Assembly: GCA_963816145.1 (NCBI GenBank)
Contig: CAWFJP010000030.1
Location: forward strand, 32,001-96,000
Direction of reading: 5' to 3'
Origin: an uncultured delta proteobacterium
GTDB lineage: Bacteria; Desulfobacterota; Binatia; UBA9968
DNA: 64,000 nt
Shown here: positions 10,542-20,155 of the stretch, piece by piece
Layout of the letters: each line of letters opens with the position of its first letter
Numbering within the stretch: position 1 is the first letter of the stretch
Position numbers and translations under genes: made by a program
The notes under the pieces: model-generated
Seen by the model: only the letters and a program-made list of their open reading frames with translations
Databases searched by the model: none
Told to the model about the DNA's origin: nothing

Positions 10542-11543
10542 ATGCTAGGTTATCTCCTCCGCCGCCTCGCCGGCACCATCCCCGTTCTGGTGCTGATCAG
10601 CCTACTAGTATTCCTGCTGATCCATGCCGCGCCCGGCGATCCGACGCTCATGCTCCTCGGCGAAGAAACCAACGCCGCGGAAGTTGCCAAAGCCAAAGCG
10701 CGCTGGGGACTCGATCAACCGCTCTATGTGCAGTACTGGAAATTCTTGAAATCGGTTGCTGTCGGCGATTTCGGCAAGTCGTTCAAGTATGCCGAGCCGG
10801 TCACCAGCGTGATTCGCACCCGGCTGCCGGCGACCATCGAGCTGGCCGTTTTCGCCATCGTCATCGCCACGCTGCTGGCCATCCCGCTGGGTGTTTGGGC
10901 CGGCGCCCGGCCCAACTCGTGGATCGACAACCTCGGTACCACGTGCGGCCTGTTCGGCATCAGCATGCCGAGCTTTTGGCTGGCGATCATGTTGATCCTG
11001 TTGCTCGCCGGCGTGCTGAACATTCTGCCCACCTCCGGCCGCAGCACCTACGGCATCGCCGGACCGGAGCAGACCGGCTTTTACATTTTAGACAGCGTCA
11101 TGCAGCAAAACTGGAAAGCCGTGTGGGACGCGCTCACGCATTTATTTTTGCCGGCGCTGGCATTGGGTGTCAACATGCTCGGCATTCTCATGCGCGTCAC
11201 CCGCTCGTCAATCTTGGAGGTGATGAACGAAGATTACGTGCGCACGGCACGCGCCAAAGGTCTGCGCGAGAAAAAGGTCGTGTGGCGCCATGTCAGCAGC
11301 AACGCCTTGATCCCGGTTATCACCGTCGTCGGCTTGGAGCTTGGCACTTTGCTCAGCGGCTCGATCATCGTTGAAACCGTTTTCGCCTGGCCGGGCGGCG
11401 GCAGCCTATTGATCACCGCGCTCAATGCCCGCGACTATCCGCTGGTCACAGGGCTGGTGATGACCTACACCACCGCGTTTGTCGCGATTAATTTAATAAT
11501 CGATGGACTTTATGCAGTCGTTGACCCTCGAATCCGTTACTGA
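10542..11543 (+). CDS. Peptide ABC permease, DppB/OppB family
   Basis: APGDP, GLDQPLYVQY, EAA loop EDYVRTARAKGL, ETVFAWPG, DPRIR. Confidence 0.95.
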   Translation: MLGYLLRRLAGTIPVLVLISLLVFLLIHAAPGDPTLMLLGEETNAAEVAKAKARWGLDQPLYVQYWKFLKSVAVGDFGKSFKYAEPVTSVIRTRLPATIELAVFAIVIATLLAIPLGVWAGARPNSWIDNLGTTCGLFGISMPSFWLAIMLILLLAGVLNILPTSGRSTYGIAGPEQTGFYILDSVMQQNWKAVWDALTHLFLPALALGVNMLGILMRVTRSSILEVMNEDYVRTARAKGLREKKVVWRHVSSNALIPVITVVGLELGTLLSGSIIVETVFAWPGGGSLLITALNARDYPLVTGLVMTYTTAFVAINLIIDGLYAVVDPRIRY

Positions 11544-12408
11544 AAAAAGCCCCGGCGCCCTGGCCCGTTTGCTACCGCGGCTCCACGCCAAGGCATTCAC
11601 CGGCGGGCTGATCGTGTTGACGTTCATCTTGGTCGGCATCTTCGGGCCCTACGTCGCGCCCCAGGATCCCAACAAACAAGAACTGACCGCGATGATGAAG
11701 GCGCCCGAGGGGATCGGCACCAACCATGTCCTGGGCACCGACAACCTCGGCCGCGATATTTTCAGCCGGGTGATTTTCGGTTCGCGGGTTTCGCTCTTGG
11801 TCGCCTTCGCCGTCGTATTCGTCTCCGGCTTGATTGGCATCACGCTCGGCGCGGTGTCGGGCTACTTCGGCGGCAAGGTCGACTTCGTCATTCAAAAATT
11901 AGTCGAAGTCATCTGGGCGTTTCCACCGCTGTTGCTCGGCATCACGATCATGGCGTTTCTCGGCCAGGGGCTTTTCAACCTCATTCTTGCGCTGGTGGCG
12001 CAACGCTGGATTCCCTACTGCCGCGTCGTGCGCGCCCAGGCGTTGTCGTTGCGCTCCCGCGACTTTGTCACCGCGGCGCAATCGCTGGGTTGCAGTCACG
12101 GTAAAATCATCTTGCGCCACATCATTCCCAATCTTATCCAAACATCATTGGTGATCGGCACCTTCGCGATGGCGTCGTCGATCATCGCCGAAGCCAGTCT
12201 GAGCTTTCTCGGCGTCGGCGTGCCGCCGCATATTCCCACCTGGGGCACGATGCTCGCCGACGCGCGCATTTATATCAGCACCGCCTGGTGGCTGCCGTTA
12301 TTTCCCGGCCTGTGCATCTTCATCACCGTGCTCGGCATCAACCTGCTCGGTGATGCGCTGCGCGACATCCTCGATCCGAGACTCAAACGGACGGGATCGG
12401 GAGTGTAG
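11503..12408 (+). CDS. Peptide ABC permease, DppC/OppC family (start uncertain)
   Basis: HVLGTDNLGRDIFSRVIFGSRVSL, EASLSFLGVG, NLLGDALRDILDPR. Confidence 0.95.
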   Translation: MDFMQSLTLESVTEKSPGALARLLPRLHAKAFTGGLIVLTFILVGIFGPYVAPQDPNKQELTAMMKAPEGIGTNHVLGTDNLGRDIFSRVIFGSRVSLLVAFAVVFVSGLIGITLGAVSGYFGGKVDFVIQKLVEVIWAFPPLLLGITIMAFLGQGLFNLILALVAQRWIPYCRVVRAQALSLRSRDFVTAAQSLGCSHGKIILRHIIPNLIQTSLVIGTFAMASSIIAEASLSFLGVGVPPHIPTWGTMLADARIYISTAWWLPLFPGLCIFITVLGINLLGDALRDILDPRLKRTGSGV

Positions 12409-12511
12409 TTGTCAGTGATTAGTTGCCAGTTGTCAGTAAAAGCTGGCGGCTTGTCGAGTCGTTCCTGTCATCTTGAGAGTTGACAACCGAGAACTAGCAA
12501 CTGACAGCTGA
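12407..12511. repeat. Heptamer tandem inverted-repeat element (AGTTGTC / GACAACT)
   Basis: agttgtc agtgatt agttgcc agttgtc ... gacaacc gagaact agcaact gacagct. Confidence 0.75.
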
Positions 12512-12564
12512 TGACTCGCGCCCCGCGCATTGATTCCCCCACCGTCTCGTGTAAATTAAATTGG

Positions 12565-13968
12565 ATGCGCCGCACCAAAATTGTCTGCACCATCGGCCCC
12601 GCCAGTTCGTCCGAGAAAATGATCGAAGGTTTGATCCGCGCCGGCATGAATGTCGCGCGGTTAAACTTCAGCCACGGCGACTACGCCTCGCACCGCCGGG
12701 TCATTCGAACCATTCGTAAACTCGAACACAAGCTCGACACCCCGGTCGCGATCCTGCAGGATTTGCCCGGACCGAAGATCCGTATCGGCGCCATGGCCGG
12801 CGACCGCGTCCGGCTGCAAACCCGCGGTCGAATGGTCCTGACGACGCGCAAAGTGCTCGGCAGCGAACTGGCGGTATCGGTGAATTTTCCGGGATTGACC
12901 CATGCGGTAAAAAAAGGTGACCCAATCCTGCTCGGCGACGGCGAAATCGAACTGGAAGCGCTGCAAGTCAGCAAGCACGAAGTCCGCTGCCGCATCATCG
13001 TCGGCGGCATCTTGGGCTCGCACAAAGGCATTCACTTTCCGCGCAGCTCACTCAACATCCGCGCGCTGACCGCGGAAGACAAAAAAGACTTGGCGTTCGG
13101 CATCGAGAACAAGGTCGACTTGGTGGCGCTGTCGTTCGTGCGCAATAGCCAGGATATTCTCTACGCCCGCCGCGAGTTGCGCAAACTCGGCGCCAATATC
13201 CCGCTCATCGCCAAGATCGAAAAACACGAAGCCTTGGACAATCTCGACAGTATCTTGCAGAACGTCGACGGTATCATGGTCGCGCGCGGCGACTTGGGAT
13301 TGGAGATCGCCCAGCAGCGCATCCCGGCCATGCAAAAACGCATGATCCGCGAGGCCAATCACCTCGGCAAACCGGTGATCACTGCGACCCAGATGCTGCG
13401 CTCGATGGTGTGGAATCCTCGTCCGACGCGGGCGGAAGTTGCCGACATCGCCAATGCGATTCTCGACGGCACCGACGCGCTCATGTTGTCCGAAGAAACC
13501 GCCGCCGGCGATTACCCGCTGGAAGCGGTCAAAATCATGGCCCAGGTGGCAGAGGAAACCGAGTCGATCCTCGAACCGCGCCAACGTTTCCAGGGGCTGC
13601 CCAAAACGGTGCCGGAAGCGATCAGCGTTAGCGCGATCTCCCTCGCACGCGATCTGCAGGTCAAAGCTTTTCTTATTCCGACGACCTCAGGCAGCACGGC
13701 GCGTTTGATCGCGCGCTACCGGCCGAAGCAACCGATCATCGCCGTCAGCCCGGACCCGCGCACCGTGAAAATGCTCTGTCTGGTTTGGGGCGTTTTCTCG
13801 ACGCCGACGCGCGGTTTCAAAAGCACCGATGAGATGGTCCAGCTGCTCCAACGCAAAGCCCTCGATTCCGGCATCGTCAAACGCGGCGATTTGGTTGTCA
13901 TCACCGCCGGACTGCCCTTGCATCAAGCCGGCACCACCAACATGATCACGGCGAAAGTAATCGATTAG
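12565..13968 (+). CDS. pyk: Pyruvate kinase
   Basis: RRTKIVCTIGPA, ARLNFSHG, DLPGPKIR, IAKIEK, DGIMVARGDLG, TATQML, DGTDALMLSEETA. Confidence 0.98.
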   Translation: MRRTKIVCTIGPASSSEKMIEGLIRAGMNVARLNFSHGDYASHRRVIRTIRKLEHKLDTPVAILQDLPGPKIRIGAMAGDRVRLQTRGRMVLTTRKVLGSELAVSVNFPGLTHAVKKGDPILLGDGEIELEALQVSKHEVRCRIIVGGILGSHKGIHFPRSSLNIRALTAEDKKDLAFGIENKVDLVALSFVRNSQDILYARRELRKLGANIPLIAKIEKHEALDNLDSILQNVDGIMVARGDLGLEIAQQRIPAMQKRMIREANHLGKPVITATQMLRSMVWNPRPTRAEVADIANAILDGTDALMLSEETAAGDYPLEAVKIMAQVAEETESILEPRQRFQGLPKTVPEAISVSAISLARDLQVKAFLIPTTSGSTARLIARYRPKQPIIAVSPDPRTVKMLCLVWGVFSTPTRGFKSTDEMVQLLQRKALDSGIVKRGDLVVITAGLPLHQAGTTNMITAKVID

Positions 13969-14134
13969 AACGGTTTCAACCGCAGAACTCCGAGCGCGCC
14001 GCAACCGCTGCCGAAATTCGACCGCGTCATCCGCCATAGTTCGCTCGCGCCCCGCAGCCACTCTCCATATTCTTGCCTTGCAACGTCGGCGCAAATCGCG
14101 CTAGATATGACGAGTATTCGCTGGAGGTGACGTT

Positions 14135-15148
14135 ATGTCCGAAGCACTGAAACAATTCGAAGACGAGCTGCAGAGCAAGAACTTCAAGGGCTATTGGCAG
14201 AATCAGCAGGGCGATGTGGCACGCCAACCGGTGGCGTCCTTCGACGCGTGCCACTGGAAAGGCAAAGACCTCTTTGCCGCCATGGAAAAAGCCGGCGAGG
14301 TGGTCGGCCTCGATGTCTCGTTCCGGCGTGTCATCCAGCTGTGGAATCCGGCGCTGAAAAACGGCACCTCGCGCACCCTGGTATTGAATCTGCAGTTGCT
14401 CAAGCCCGGCGAAAATGCGCTGTCGCACCGCCATATGGCGGGCGCGATCCGGTTCATCTTGAAAGGCCATGGCACCCGGCTGATCGTCGAGGGCGAATCC
14501 TTCGAGATCGGCGAAGGCGATTTCGTCACCACACCGAGCTGGACTTGGCACGATCATGAGAACCACGGCGAGAACATGATGTGGCTCGACGGCCTCGACG
14601 CGCCGCTAGTGAGACTCCTGGAAACCGATTTTCACGAACCCGATCCGCGAAGGAAGCAGACCGTCACCCGGCCCGACGGCTACACCCTCGCCACCACCGG
14701 CCCGCTGCGCCCGGCGTGGATGAAAGCGAATTCCGTCCAACCGCCGGCCTTTTGCTACAAATGGGCCGACACCGAAAGCGCTCTCAACAAAGTCGGCGAA
14801 CAACCGGGCGACCCGTTCAACGGCATCGTGCTCGATTACGCCAATCCATTGAACGGCGGCCCGACCCTGCCGACCATGAACTGCCAGATCCATATGCTGC
14901 GCGCCGGCGAGAAGACCAAGAGCCACCGCCACACCAGCTCCGACATCTATCATGTCTGGCGCGGCAGCGGCGTCAGCTACATCGGCGACAAGCGCTTCGA
15001 GTGGGAGCAAGGCGATTCATTCGTCGTGCCGCTGTGGCAAAACCACCGCCATGAAAATACCTCGAAGGATCCGGCGGTCTTTTTTGTCATGAACGACAAG
15101 CCGCTAATGGACGCCATCGGCCACTACCGCGAAGAAGCTGAAGGATAA
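14135..15148 (+). CDS. Gentisate 1,2-dioxygenase-like bicupin
   Basis: Two cupin motifs, HRHMAGAIRFIL...GDFVTTPSWTWHDH and HRHTSS...FVVPLWQNHRH; WLDGLDAPL; YANPLNGGPTLPT. Confidence 0.85.
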   Translation: MSEALKQFEDELQSKNFKGYWQNQQGDVARQPVASFDACHWKGKDLFAAMEKAGEVVGLDVSFRRVIQLWNPALKNGTSRTLVLNLQLLKPGENALSHRHMAGAIRFILKGHGTRLIVEGESFEIGEGDFVTTPSWTWHDHENHGENMMWLDGLDAPLVRLLETDFHEPDPRRKQTVTRPDGYTLATTGPLRPAWMKANSVQPPAFCYKWADTESALNKVGEQPGDPFNGIVLDYANPLNGGPTLPTMNCQIHMLRAGEKTKSHRHTSSDIYHVWRGSGVSYIGDKRFEWEQGDSFVVPLWQNHRHENTSKDPAVFFVMNDKPLMDAIGHYREEAEG

Positions 15149-15218
15149 TTTATCGCAGCGAAATTTACGGGCGAGGCGTGCCTTGCCCTCGCGGACAAAT
15201 TCACCCAGGAGCCTGTTC

Positions 15219-15968
15219 ATGTTCACGCTTACGCACAAACTCAATCCCGATGAATTCATCAAAACCTTTTTCGAGGTCAACCGGCAAGACCACCAGCGCC
15301 CGGCCCATCCTTGGGAAGAAATCTTTCGTAACGGCAAATGCACTAAGGAACAGCTCCAGGGTTGGGGCAAGGAACGTTACTACTTCACCAAGCAGGTGCC
15401 GGTGAAGGAATATTCGATCCTTTACAACTGCCCGCACACCGACGTCCGGCGCATGTGGTTGCCCAAAGCCATCGAAGAAGAAGGCGAAGATCTGATCGGC
15501 AAATCCGGCAAACCGCATCCAGAGTATTGGCTCGATGTCTGCGTCGGCATGGGCATGGATAGGGAATTCGTAAAAAACTCCGAGCCGCTCTATGGCGTCA
15601 AGTTCGCCGTCGACGCCTTCGCCAATGCTGCATTCAAGACTTCCTGGCTGTTGGGCGTAGCCGTGTCCGAAGGCGACGACACCGCCAAGGCGATGTCGCG
15701 CGACTTAGATATTTTTCGCAAGCACTACCAATGGGTGCCCGACGACGCCCTGACTTTTTACAAGCTCCATGCCGAAGTCGATCAGGAGCATGGCTTGATC
15801 CGCAAGGAAATTCTAAAAAAATACGCCGACACCAAGGAGCTGCAAGAAGCCTGCATCAACGCCCAGCTAATGAAAAACAGCATGCGATGGGTCATGGCCG
15901 ACTGCATCTACATGGAGTACGTCTTCCGCGGCGCGAAACTGAACAGCAACGCCGCCGCAGCGGCGTAG
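15219..15968 (+). CDS. Heme-oxygenase-like diiron (HDO) protein, PqqC/CADD/TenA superfamily
   Basis: PqqC-like backbone (HPW..GK..KEQLQGW..RYY...PVK...CP...RR.W) with CADD-like ligand motifs EEEG...HPE.W and HAEVDQEH; CAGGAG RBS. Confidence 0.8.
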   Translation: MFTLTHKLNPDEFIKTFFEVNRQDHQRPAHPWEEIFRNGKCTKEQLQGWGKERYYFTKQVPVKEYSILYNCPHTDVRRMWLPKAIEEEGEDLIGKSGKPHPEYWLDVCVGMGMDREFVKNSEPLYGVKFAVDAFANAAFKTSWLLGVAVSEGDDTAKAMSRDLDIFRKHYQWVPDDALTFYKLHAEVDQEHGLIRKEILKKYADTKELQEACINAQLMKNSMRWVMADCIYMEYVFRGAKLNSNAAAAA

Positions 15969-16004
15969 ATTTCACCGTCCTCTGCGCACGACAGTTCAAA
16001 TGTA

Positions 16005-17267
16005 ATGACAAAATCGAACTGGTCGAATCAAGCGCATCCTTCCGCCTCGCCCCCTCTTACCCCTTCCCCATCGAGAGGCTGTGTCGTAATGCGCAAATGC
16101 CCCACATCTGTCATCCCGAGCGAAGCGAGGGATCTCGTATTTTCAGCCACTTGCGAAGAAGAGATTCCTCGGCTTCACCTCGGAATGACAGTTGCGACAC
16201 AGTCTCCGACGGGGGAAGGCTGGGATGGGGGTGAAAACCCCAGACGAAGCTGCGCAAATACTCTCGTCGCAACAAATACAAATCCGGGACGTCTCTCCCG
16301 GCCTTTCTTGACGACGGCTCTCGTCATCCTGGTACTCACCGTCACTTCACGAATCGCCCACGCCGCCCCCGTGCGTATCGCCTACAGCTCCATCAGCGCC
16401 GCCATGCTGCCGCTGTTCGTCGCCAAGGACAAAAGATTTTTCGACAAACAAAACGTCGACGTTGAGCTGACCTACATCCGCGGCATCGCCATCGAAGCCT
16501 TGATCGCCAATGAGGTCCAGTTCGTGCGCGCCTCGCCGCCGGCGGTCGTCAGCGCCACCCTCCGCGGTGCCGATCTCGCGGTTATCGCCAACACAATTAA
16601 CGTGCCGGTCTTTTCCCTGATGACCCGCGCCGACCTGCGCCGCCCCGAAGAGCTGCGAGGCAAGAAAATCGGCGTCACCAACTTGGGCGACTCGCCCGAC
16701 CTGGTGCTGAGCATGATCCTAGACAAGTTCGGCCTGCAGCGCGGCCGTGATGTTACCGTCATGGCAATTCGCGGCGGCATGCCCGACATGATCCTCGCTG
16801 TCAGCAAAGGTTTCGTCGACGGCGGCATGATCTCGGCACCGAGCAATTTGCGCGGCATGAAGCTGGGCCTGCGCGAGCTCGTCGACTCCGCCGACCTGGG
16901 TGTCCCCTATCTCAACTCGCCGATGAGCACCCGGCGCGCTTACATCAAATCCAGCCGCGACACGGTGCTGCGCGTCCTACGCGGCTATTATCAAGGCGTG
17001 CAAGAAACCCACAACGACCGCGACGGCGCGATGAAAATCCTCGCCAGATATACCCGCGTCCAAGATCCGGAAATTCTCGCCGAGTCCTACCGCATCTACG
17101 GCCAGAAGCACTTGCAGAAATCCATCCAGGTCGATTTGGAAGGCGTCCGGCAGCTGCTGCGCACCCTCGGCAAAGAAACGGCCAACGCTAACCCCAGCCA
17201 GTTTGTCGACGCTTCGTTGATCCAGGATTTGGAAAAAGAAGGATTCTTTCAACAGAAAGCCCGATAG
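16005..17267 (+). CDS. NMT1/SsuA-type ABC substrate-binding protein; true start probably at 16185 or 16308
   Basis: Signal peptide ending AHA, VRIAYSS, LRGKKIGV, FVDASLIQDLEKEGFF; the 5' extension runs through repeat DNA. Confidence 0.85.
   Translation: MTKSNWSNQAHPSASPPLTPSPSRGCVVMRKCPTSVIPSEARDLVFSATCEEEIPRLHLGMTVATQSPTGEGWDGGENPRRSCANTLVATNTNPGRLSRPFLTTALVILVLTVTSRIAHAAPVRIAYSSISAAMLPLFVAKDKRFFDKQNVDVELTYIRGIAIEALIANEVQFVRASPPAVVSATLRGADLAVIANTINVPVFSLMTRADLRRPEELRGKKIGVTNLGDSPDLVLSMILDKFGLQRGRDVTVMAIRGGMPDMILAVSKGFVDGGMISAPSNLRGMKLGLRELVDSADLGVPYLNSPMSTRRAYIKSSRDTVLRVLRGYYQGVQETHNDRDGAMKILARYTRVQDPEILAESYRIYGQKHLQKSIQVDLEGVRQLLRTLGKETANANPSQFVDASLIQDLEKEGFFQQKAR
16049..16234. repeat. Nested palindromic repeats: CCTTCCCC/GGGGAAGG REP arms around a MITE-like unit
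   Basis: Outer arms cccctcttaccccttccccatcga / cgacgggggaaggctgggatgggggtga resemble 18336-18440; inner tgtcatcccgagcgaagcgagggatct...agattcctcggcttcacctcggaatgaca hairpin pair. Confidence 0.75.
16075..16206. mobile_element. Putative MITE (132 bp)
   Basis: Terminal inverted repeats gaggctgtgtcgtaa / ttgcgacacagtctc (13/15 match); no transposase in the window. Confidence 0.5.
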
Positions 17268-17287
17268 TTCTCGCAGAATTTATGGGA

Positions 17288-17317
17288 TTGACAGTGCGAT
17301 TTAGTGCGGCCTAGACT
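17288..17317 (+). promoter_or_regulatory. Putative sigma70 promoter
   Basis: TTGACA-18 nt-TAGACT upstream of the quinone oxidoreductase. Confidence 0.5.
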
Positions 17318-17349
17318 GACTCGCAAAATTACCAACGGAGGCGCAGACC

Positions 17350-18321
17350 ATGAAAGCCATCCGCATCCACGAATTCGGCCAATCTGAAGACGTTCTCAAA
17401 TACGAGGATGTTCCGGTGCCGGAACCTAAAGCCGGCGAGGTATTGATCAAAGTCGAAGCCGCGTCGCTCAATCGCGCCGACTTGGGACTGCGCAAAGGCA
17501 CCTATCGCATCGCCGCGGACGCGCTGCCGGTGATTCCTGGGCGGGAATTCGCTGGAACGATTGCTAAGCTAGAAGAAGGAGTTTTGGAATATCGCGTCGG
17601 CCAGCGCGTGGTTGGCTATCCGAGCCTCGGCGGCTATGCCGAATACGCCGTGGCGAAAGTCGCCGAAGTGCGGCCGGTGCCCGACGGCGTAACTGCCGCG
17701 CAGGCCGCGGCTTTGCCGACAGCGTTTCTAACAGCGTGGTTCGGATTGAAAACTGACGGCGCATTGAAATCCGGCGAGTGGCTGTTAATTCACGGCGGCA
17801 GTAGCGGCGTCGGCGTGGCGGCCATCCAGATCGCCAAGCATTGGGGCGCCAAAGTGATCGCCACGTCCGGCAGCGAAGTAAAATGCCGCCGGCTGCGCCA
17901 GCTCGGCGCCGACGTGACCATCGACGTGTCGGAAAATGATTTCCTGCCGGAAGTCATGCGCGTCACCGACAACCGCGGCGTCGATGTCGTCCTCGAAATG
18001 ATCGGCGGCGAAGTCTATCAGAAAAGCCTGCAAACATTGGCGGCGGGCGGCCGACTGGTTTCCATCGGCGGCGCTTTCGGCGCGGTACCCGATCCGCCGC
18101 CGGTGCTGACTGAAGGCAGAAAAGCCACTCGGTTTTCGATCACCAATTATTTGAAGGCGAAACCGGAAGACTTCAAAGAGCTCGACATCATTCTAAAACT
18201 GGTCCAGGAAAAGAAATTCGACGCTGGCATCGGCAAGACTTTCCCGCTCGCCGAAACCGGCGCCGCCCAGTGCTATCTCGAAGGCCGCGACCACTTCGGC
18301 AAAGTCATGCTGTCGATGTAG
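17350..18321 (+). CDS. NADPH:quinone oxidoreductase (MDR/zeta-crystallin family)
   Basis: SLNRAD, PGREFAG, GGYAEY, LIHGGSSGVGVAAIQIAK, GKVML. Confidence 0.93.
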   Translation: MKAIRIHEFGQSEDVLKYEDVPVPEPKAGEVLIKVEAASLNRADLGLRKGTYRIAADALPVIPGREFAGTIAKLEEGVLEYRVGQRVVGYPSLGGYAEYAVAKVAEVRPVPDGVTAAQAAALPTAFLTAWFGLKTDGALKSGEWLLIHGGSSGVGVAAIQIAKHWGAKVIATSGSEVKCRRLRQLGADVTIDVSENDFLPEVMRVTDNRGVDVVLEMIGGEVYQKSLQTLAAGGRLVSIGGAFGAVPDPPPVLTEGRKATRFSITNYLKAKPEDFKELDIILKLVQEKKFDAGIGKTFPLAETGAAQCYLEGRDHFGKVMLSM

Positions 18322-18335
18322 TCAAAATCCGAGTT

Positions 18336-18440
18336 CTCTCCCCCTTGATGGGGGAGAGTTAGAGTAGGGGTGATTTTCGGTTCTCGCGAGTATACACGAG
18401 TCACCCCTATCCCAACCTTCCCCCATCGAAGCGGGAAGGA
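18336..18440. repeat. Inverted pair of REP-like hairpins
   Basis: ctctcccccttgatgggggagagttagagtaggggtga ... tcacccctatcccaaccttccccatcgaagcgggaagga. Confidence 0.8.
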
Positions 18441-18506
18441 GTCGGACGGTCAGACTGATATCTCCGCGATTGCCAAGTGATTTAGCTGTCGGGAGGAGAC
18501 ATTGCC

Positions 18507-19004
18507 ATGTCCTTCAAAATCAAACGCGTCGGCCATCTGGTGTTGAAAGTGAAAGACCTCGAACGTTCGCGCAAATTCTTCACCGAAGTCCTGGGCTTTC
18601 CCCAGGTCGGCGAGAACGACCGCGGCATGCTGTTCTTCAGCACCGATGTCTTCGACAACCATCACATGCTCGCATTGCGCGAAGCCAAGCCTGGTGCACC
18701 CATGCCGGACGCGGAACAGATCGGCATGGAGCATGTGTCGTTCGAACTCGGCAGCTTCGCAGAACTGCAAGAGGCCTACCGCAAGTTCAAAGAACATGGC
18801 GTGAAGATCCGCATGACGGTTTTCCACGGCGTCGCCAAGAGCATTTATTTCTACGATCCCGACGGCACCCAGCTTGAAGTCTACTGCAACGTGCCGCCGG
18901 AGGAATACCGTAAATCGGTGTCGAACCCGTACTATAATTACGGTGCCATCGAAGACGAACTCGAAGGGAAAGTAGCGCAGCGTCCCGGCTCGGTCGTGCC
19001 GTGA
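18507..19004 (+). CDS. VOC family protein (glyoxalase/extradiol dioxygenase single domain)
   Basis: VGHLVLKVKDLERS..F...LG, HHMLAL, MEHVSF, SIYFYDPDGTQLEVY. Confidence 0.9.
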   Translation: MSFKIKRVGHLVLKVKDLERSRKFFTEVLGFPQVGENDRGMLFFSTDVFDNHHMLALREAKPGAPMPDAEQIGMEHVSFELGSFAELQEAYRKFKEHGVKIRMTVFHGVAKSIYFYDPDGTQLEVYCNVPPEEYRKSVSNPYYNYGAIEDELEGKVAQRPGSVVP

Positions 19005-19007
19005 CTT

Positions 19008-19043
19008 GAAGTTAGGAGTCAGGAGTCACTGACTCCTGACCCC
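19008..19043. repeat. Heptamer hairpin (GGAGTCA / TGACTCC)
   Basis: gtcaggagtca c tgactcctgac, a perfect stem immediately after the VOC stop codon. Confidence 0.7.
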
Positions 19044-19097
19044 CATGGGCGATTGTTGTTGCTAGCCGCTTTCCTCATCGTCTGCTAAAATACCCAA

Positions 19098-20153
19098 GTG
19101 GACGGCTCACCCGACAAAGGCAAGAGTTCAGCCACACAACCGCAGAATCCCAGCTTGGACCTGGCCACGTTGGACGATGAGGCGTTGTTGCAGATGCGGA
19201 TCTGCGATCTCAAGCTTAAGATCGCCGGCACCGAGCTTGAGTCGCGCATCGACAAATTCTACGCCGAGCTTGACGCCCGCGGCATCGCGCTCAAACCAAT
19301 CTGTTACCTGGGCGACGAATGGTTTTGCCCGGACGGCTCGGCGACCATCGCGATTCCCTTCTACCTAGCCCATCCGCGCTTGAAGCGGCTCGAAGCCAAA
19401 ATGATGATGGAAGTGGAAGGCGACACCGAAACCTGGTGTTTGCGTCTATTGCGCCACGAGATGGGCCATGTGATCAACCACGCCTATCTGCTCAAGAAAG
19501 ACAAGCGCTGGCAAAAACTGTTCGGTCCGCCGTCGTTGGAGTATTCCGAAAGCTTTCGCGCTCGGCCGTACAGCAAACGCTTCGTGCGCCATCTCGAAGG
19601 CTACTATGCACAAAGCCATCCTGAAGAAGACTTCGCCGAGACGTTTGCAATCTGGCTCACCCCCGATCTTGACTGGCGCCAGCAATATCGCGACTGGAAA
19701 GCGCTGGAAAAGTTGGAATACGTCGACAAGCTCATGCAGGAGCTTGCCGGCAAGCCGCCTTTGGTGTTTTCCAAGAACAAAATCAGCGACGCGGCGCGGC
19801 TGCGTTCCCGACTCGATGCCCATTACCGGCGGCGGCGCCATACCTACGCTCAGGAGTTTCCCGATTTTTTCGACGGCGATTTGCGCAAACTATTCGTTGA
19901 CGCCACAGCCGCACCGGACAGCGAGCGGGCCGCGACATTTTTGCGCCGTTCGAACAAGTTGATTCTCAATGCTGTATCCGCATGGACCGGCGAGCCCAAG
20001 TTCACCATCAGCCGATTGCTACGCGGGCTGACCCAGCGCTGCGGCGAGCTCGATCTGCGCTTGAAATCGCAATCAGCGGCGGTGGAAATCACCGCCTATC
20101 TGGCGACCCTGGCATCGCATTACCGGCTCACCGGGAAATTCAAGGACACCTAG
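19098..20153 (+). CDS. Putative zinc-binding (zincin) metallopeptidase
   Basis: LLRHEMGH (HExxH) and downstream YAQSHPEEDFAETFA with the third ligand. Confidence 0.85.
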   Translation: MDGSPDKGKSSATQPQNPSLDLATLDDEALLQMRICDLKLKIAGTELESRIDKFYAELDARGIALKPICYLGDEWFCPDGSATIAIPFYLAHPRLKRLEAKMMMEVEGDTETWCLRLLRHEMGHVINHAYLLKKDKRWQKLFGPPSLEYSESFRARPYSKRFVRHLEGYYAQSHPEEDFAETFAIWLTPDLDWRQQYRDWKALEKLEYVDKLMQELAGKPPLVFSKNKISDAARLRSRLDAHYRRRRHTYAQEFPDFFDGDLRKLFVDATAAPDSERAATFLRRSNKLILNAVSAWTGEPKFTISRLLRGLTQRCGELDLRLKSQSAAVEITAYLATLASHYRLTGKFKDT

Positions 20154-20155
20154 CC

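Noticed and set aside
15219-15968. pqqC / PQQ biosynthesis
   Set aside because: No pqqA/B/D/E nearby, and diiron-type ligands replace the PqqC active-site pattern.
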